In this document: positions 60,619-64,000 of the stretch, piece by piece | Layout of the letters: every line of letters starts with the position of its first letter | How positions within the stretch are numbered: position 1 is the stretch's first letter | Assembly (NCBI GenBank): GCA_030390025.1 | Contig: CM059432.1 | Span: forward strand, 6,324,001-6,388,000 | Length of the DNA: 64,000 nucleotides | DNA from: Squalus acanthias | Lineage: Eukaryota | Direction of reading: 5' to 3' | Notes under the pieces: generated by a model | The model's input: only the letters and a program-made list of their open reading frames with translations | Told to the model about the DNA's origin: nothing | Databases searched by the model: none | Translations under genes and position numbers: made by a program

Positions 60619-62634
60619 GGCCCGGATTTTATGTTCAGCGGAGAACGAACGGCGCTTGCTATTCATTACGCCTGCGCTTGCCCACAGAATTTCTGTGGGC
60701 TTTTACACTGTGATTTGCAGTTATCAGACAGTCAAAGCAGCGCGGCGCCCTCTACAGGGGATCTGGAATCTGTGTGAGCCGGTCAAAAAACAGCGTGCCT
60801 CTTCAACCAATCAGATTGAAGAATCCTTACTGAGACACGCAGAGTCGAAACCAGGAAGTGTAATTTAAAATATTTAATTCAATGTAAAATCATATACAGA
60901 AAGCGAAATAAAGCGAGGAAATTTTTGAGGATGTAACTGGTAGAATAGATAAGAGAGAACCAGTGGATGTGGTGTATTTGGACTTTCAGAAGGCTTTCGA
61001 TAAGGTCCCGCATAAGAGATTAGCGTGCAAAGTTAAAGCACATGGGATTGGGGGTAAGGTACTGACTTGGATAGAGAACTGGTTGGAAGACAGGAAGCAA
61101 AGAGTTGGAATAAACGGGTCTTTTTCCAAGTGGCAGGCAGTGACGAGTGGGGTACCGCAGGGATCGGTGCTAGGACCCCAGTTATTCACAATATATATTA
61201 ATGATCTAGACGAGGGAACTAGATGTAATATCTCCAAGTTTGCAGACGACACAAAGCTGGGTGGGCGTGTGTGTTGTGAGGAGGATGCAGAGAAACTCCA
61301 GTATGATTTGGACAAGTTGGGTGATTGGGCAGATGCATGGCAGATGCAGTATAATGTGGATAAATGCAAGGTTATCCACTTTGGTGGCAAAAGCAGGAAG
61401 GTAGATTATTATCTGAACGGCAATAGATTGGGAAAAGGGGAAGTGCAACGAGACCTGGGAGTCCTTGTGCACCAGCCGTTGAAGGTAAGCATGCAGGTGC
61501 AGCAGGTGGTTAAGAAGGCAAATGGTATGTTGGCCTTCAGCGCGAGAGGATTCGAGTACAGGAGCAAGGATATCTTGCTGCAGTTGTACAGGGCCTTGGT
61601 GAGACCACACCTTGAGTATTGTGTGCAGTTTTGGTCACCTTACCTGAGGAAGGATGCTCTTGCCATGGAGGGAGTGCAGAGAAGATTCACCATACTGATA
61701 CCTGGGATGGCAGGAATGACGTATGAAGAGAGATTGGGTCGATTGGGCTTGTATTCGCCAGAGTTTAGAAGAATGAGAAGGGATCTCATTGAAACTTATA
61801 AAATTCTAACAGGACTAGACAGACTAGATGCAGGAAGGATGTTCCCGATGGCGGGGGAGTCCAGAACCAGGGGTCACAGTCTAAGGGTAAGCCATTTAGG
61901 ACCGAGATGAGGAGGAATTTCTTCACCCAGAGAGTGGTGAACCTGTGGAATTCTCTACCACAGAAGGCAGTTGAGGCCAATTCATTAAATATATTCAAGA
62001 AGGAGTTAGATATATTTCTTAAGGCTAAGGGGATCAAGGGATATGGGGAGAAAGCAGGGACAGGGTACTGAATTTGGATGATCAGCCATGATCTCATTAA
62101 ATGGCGGAGCAGGCTCGAGGGGCCGAATGGCCTACTTCTGCTCCTATCTTCTATGTTAAAAGAAAGATGGGATTAAGAGCGATAAAAGAGACAGAAATAA
62201 AAAGTTAAAAAAATCATTTTTAGTTTAATTAACTTTTAAAATCTCCAACTATAATTAAAATCTGAAGAAATGAGACTCCACACTTGTAAAAGTTCATTTT
62301 CAGTGCCAGAGAGGTTGTCTGGCAGTAATTAAGACTTATCACACCGTTAAAAATTCACTTAGATTTGACAAGCCCTAACTTTTTCTGGCATGATTAGTGG
62401 GTATCCAGTGGCTTTGTACCCCAACGCTCATGCCCCTCGTGTTTGAATGCCGACTCTCTCGGCGAGGTACCGGTGTAGCGAAGCTTGTGGAGGAGCAGCG
62501 TATCCTGGACAGCAACTTTCTGATTTCTGTGTTTAACTGCACATATGCGTACACCAGAAGTTGTTGTCCGATTTACTCCATAATAACGGTGAGTGCTGAT
62601 AGCCTCACCGTATTCTTATCGCAAAATCCGGGCT
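60619..62634. mobile_element. Harbinger-like MITE interrupted by a CR1
   Basis: Ends ggcccggatttt / aaaatccgggct; subterminal hairpins; AT-rich core resumes after the CR1 tail. Confidence 0.6.
60915..62156 (+). mobile_element. CR1 LINE, 5'-truncated, relatively young (315-aa open RT segment)
   Basis: ORF 60963-61910 YLDFQKAFDKVPH, GVPQGSVLGP, FADDTKL; small deletion near 61890; CR1 tail. Confidence 0.95.
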
Positions 62635-63289
62635 CATGTGTCGGAATAGTTTTTGGGTTCATGGAACTAGTTACAATCTCTACCTCTGTGATTCATCGCA
62701 AGTGTAAAGACTAAGCATAATGTTGAAACTGAAATTGTGGCAGTTAGACAGTGGTGATAGATTGTATATTCTATTTTTAGTGCCCGCTTACATTAAACAA
62801 ATATTTGTGGCCTGTGGACCAACCTGTCATCTATTTCTGGTGTTGCAGCTTTTGATAATTTTGACATACAAACTGTTTCTGAATGATTCTTGTAGTTTAT
62901 TTTCAGTTTTTTCTGATGAATTCCCACAGTTTAGTACTATTCCTAATAATCTTTACTGTGCTTTTTTTACAATAAGACTTCCCAACATTATTTCCCCAAA
63001 TCTCATGATTCTTTCAAGTCTCATGAGACCTGGTTCTACGTGCCTCTTTAGCCACTTCAATAGAGTTCACGTCTGGTGTGATCTGTAGTTTTTGTGACCT
63101 CCCATCTACATAGAATTACGGAGAATTTACAGCACAGAAACAGGCCCTTCGGCCCAACTGGTCGTGCTGGTGTTTGTGCTCCACACGAGTTTCTTCCCAC
63201 TCCTCTTCATGGAAATGTATGAATACATTTCTCCTCTGCTCGCCGCTTGTTCACTCTTTCCCCCTCACTTGTAAAAAAAAATAATAATT

Positions 63290-63605
63290 TTCGAGATGTG
63301 GGCGTCATTGGTGGTTGGCATTTATTGCCCATCCTTCGTTGCCCTGAGAACAATGGAGTGGCTTGCTCGGCCACTTAACATTCAACCATGCTGGTGTGGG
63401 ACTGGAGTTGAATGTCGGCTAGCCCGGGTAAGGATGGCAGGTTTCCCTCCAAAAACCCAAATGAACCAGTTGGGTTTTTACAACAATCTGACAATTTCAC
63501 GGTCACTTTTACTGATAGTAACTTTTTAAGCTGAATTCAATTCTCAAACTGCCATGGTGGGATTTGAGCTCATGTTCTCTGGATTATTCCAGGCCTCCAG
63601 ATTAT
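63290..63605 (-). mobile_element. Probable second SINE family, degraded
   Basis: Minus-strand B-box-like gagctcaaatccc near 63560-63572; family unassigned. Confidence 0.4.
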
Positions 63606-64000
63606 GGGGGAAAAATTCAGTTGGTTGCGCCTCCCGTTAGCGCCTTAAGAGGGCGCTAATGGGGCGCAAAGCAACTAGCGCCCGGGCACGGTGATGTTTG
63701 CGCCGCTCGCAAAATTAACTAGACATTTTGCGGTGGCGCTAAACACTACCGCCACTATCTCCTGCGCCGGCAGATCGTGACGTCAGTCGAGGGGTTTTAA
63801 CAGCGTATTGACTGCTAAAACAAAGGTTAAGGGCCTGGAAAACTAATTTTAATTGTGTGCAGTGTGAAATTTGTCCATTTTAATAAAAATAATGTTTTTT
63901 AAGAAACTGTACTTCGGGGCTAGCAGCGAACGCCTTCACTTTGCTGCTGACTGCAAATTCCGGACCAATGTGTCTGATCTTCACTAGGGAAAACTATCAA
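63606..64000. mobile_element. Left part of a probable Harbinger-like element (other end not seen)
   Basis: Starts gggggaaaaatt; repeated tagcgcc/ggcgcta palindromic motifs, then AT-rich core. Confidence 0.45.

Noticed and set aside
60963..61910. 315-aa ORF as a host gene or active LINE
   Set aside because: 5'-truncated CR1 RT lacking endonuclease and ORF1, with a deletion near its end
24150..64000. Next VPS13B coding exon
   Set aside because: No segment found that continues the protein with proper splice sites; probably beyond the window, though a diverged exon could be missed by eye

Overview
This is repeat-dense vertebrate DNA, almost certainly from a cartilaginous fish (shark), judged by its SacSINE1/DeuSINE-like, CR1, L2 and Penelope content. 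It holds the 5' end of VPS13B on the + strand: a CpG-island promoter and probable non-coding exon 1 (~9.1-10.1 kb), coding exon 16647-16793 (MLESYVTPILMSYVNRY...) and coding exon 24006-24149. A >39 kb intron follows and runs off the window. Most other ORFs are transposon fragments or noise. Transposons include many CR1 and L2 pieces, ~15 tRNA-headed DeuSINEs, a full-length but broken Tigger/pogo element with a matching 364-bp MITE, several Harbinger-like MITEs and about eight short Penelope-derived inserts. Most notable: (1) the Penelope inserts carry minimal hammerhead-ribozyme motifs, two with intact cores in the sense strand of VPS13B introns; (2) the promoter has a six-copy ~42-bp array of NRF1-like plus GC-box modules; (3) two diverged Harbinger-like MITEs keep compensatory palindromes; (4) a strong-context uORF and a triple tandem acceptor lie ahead of the VPS13B start. 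TE boundaries without TSD/TIR support are approximate and family names come from recognition, not a database search.
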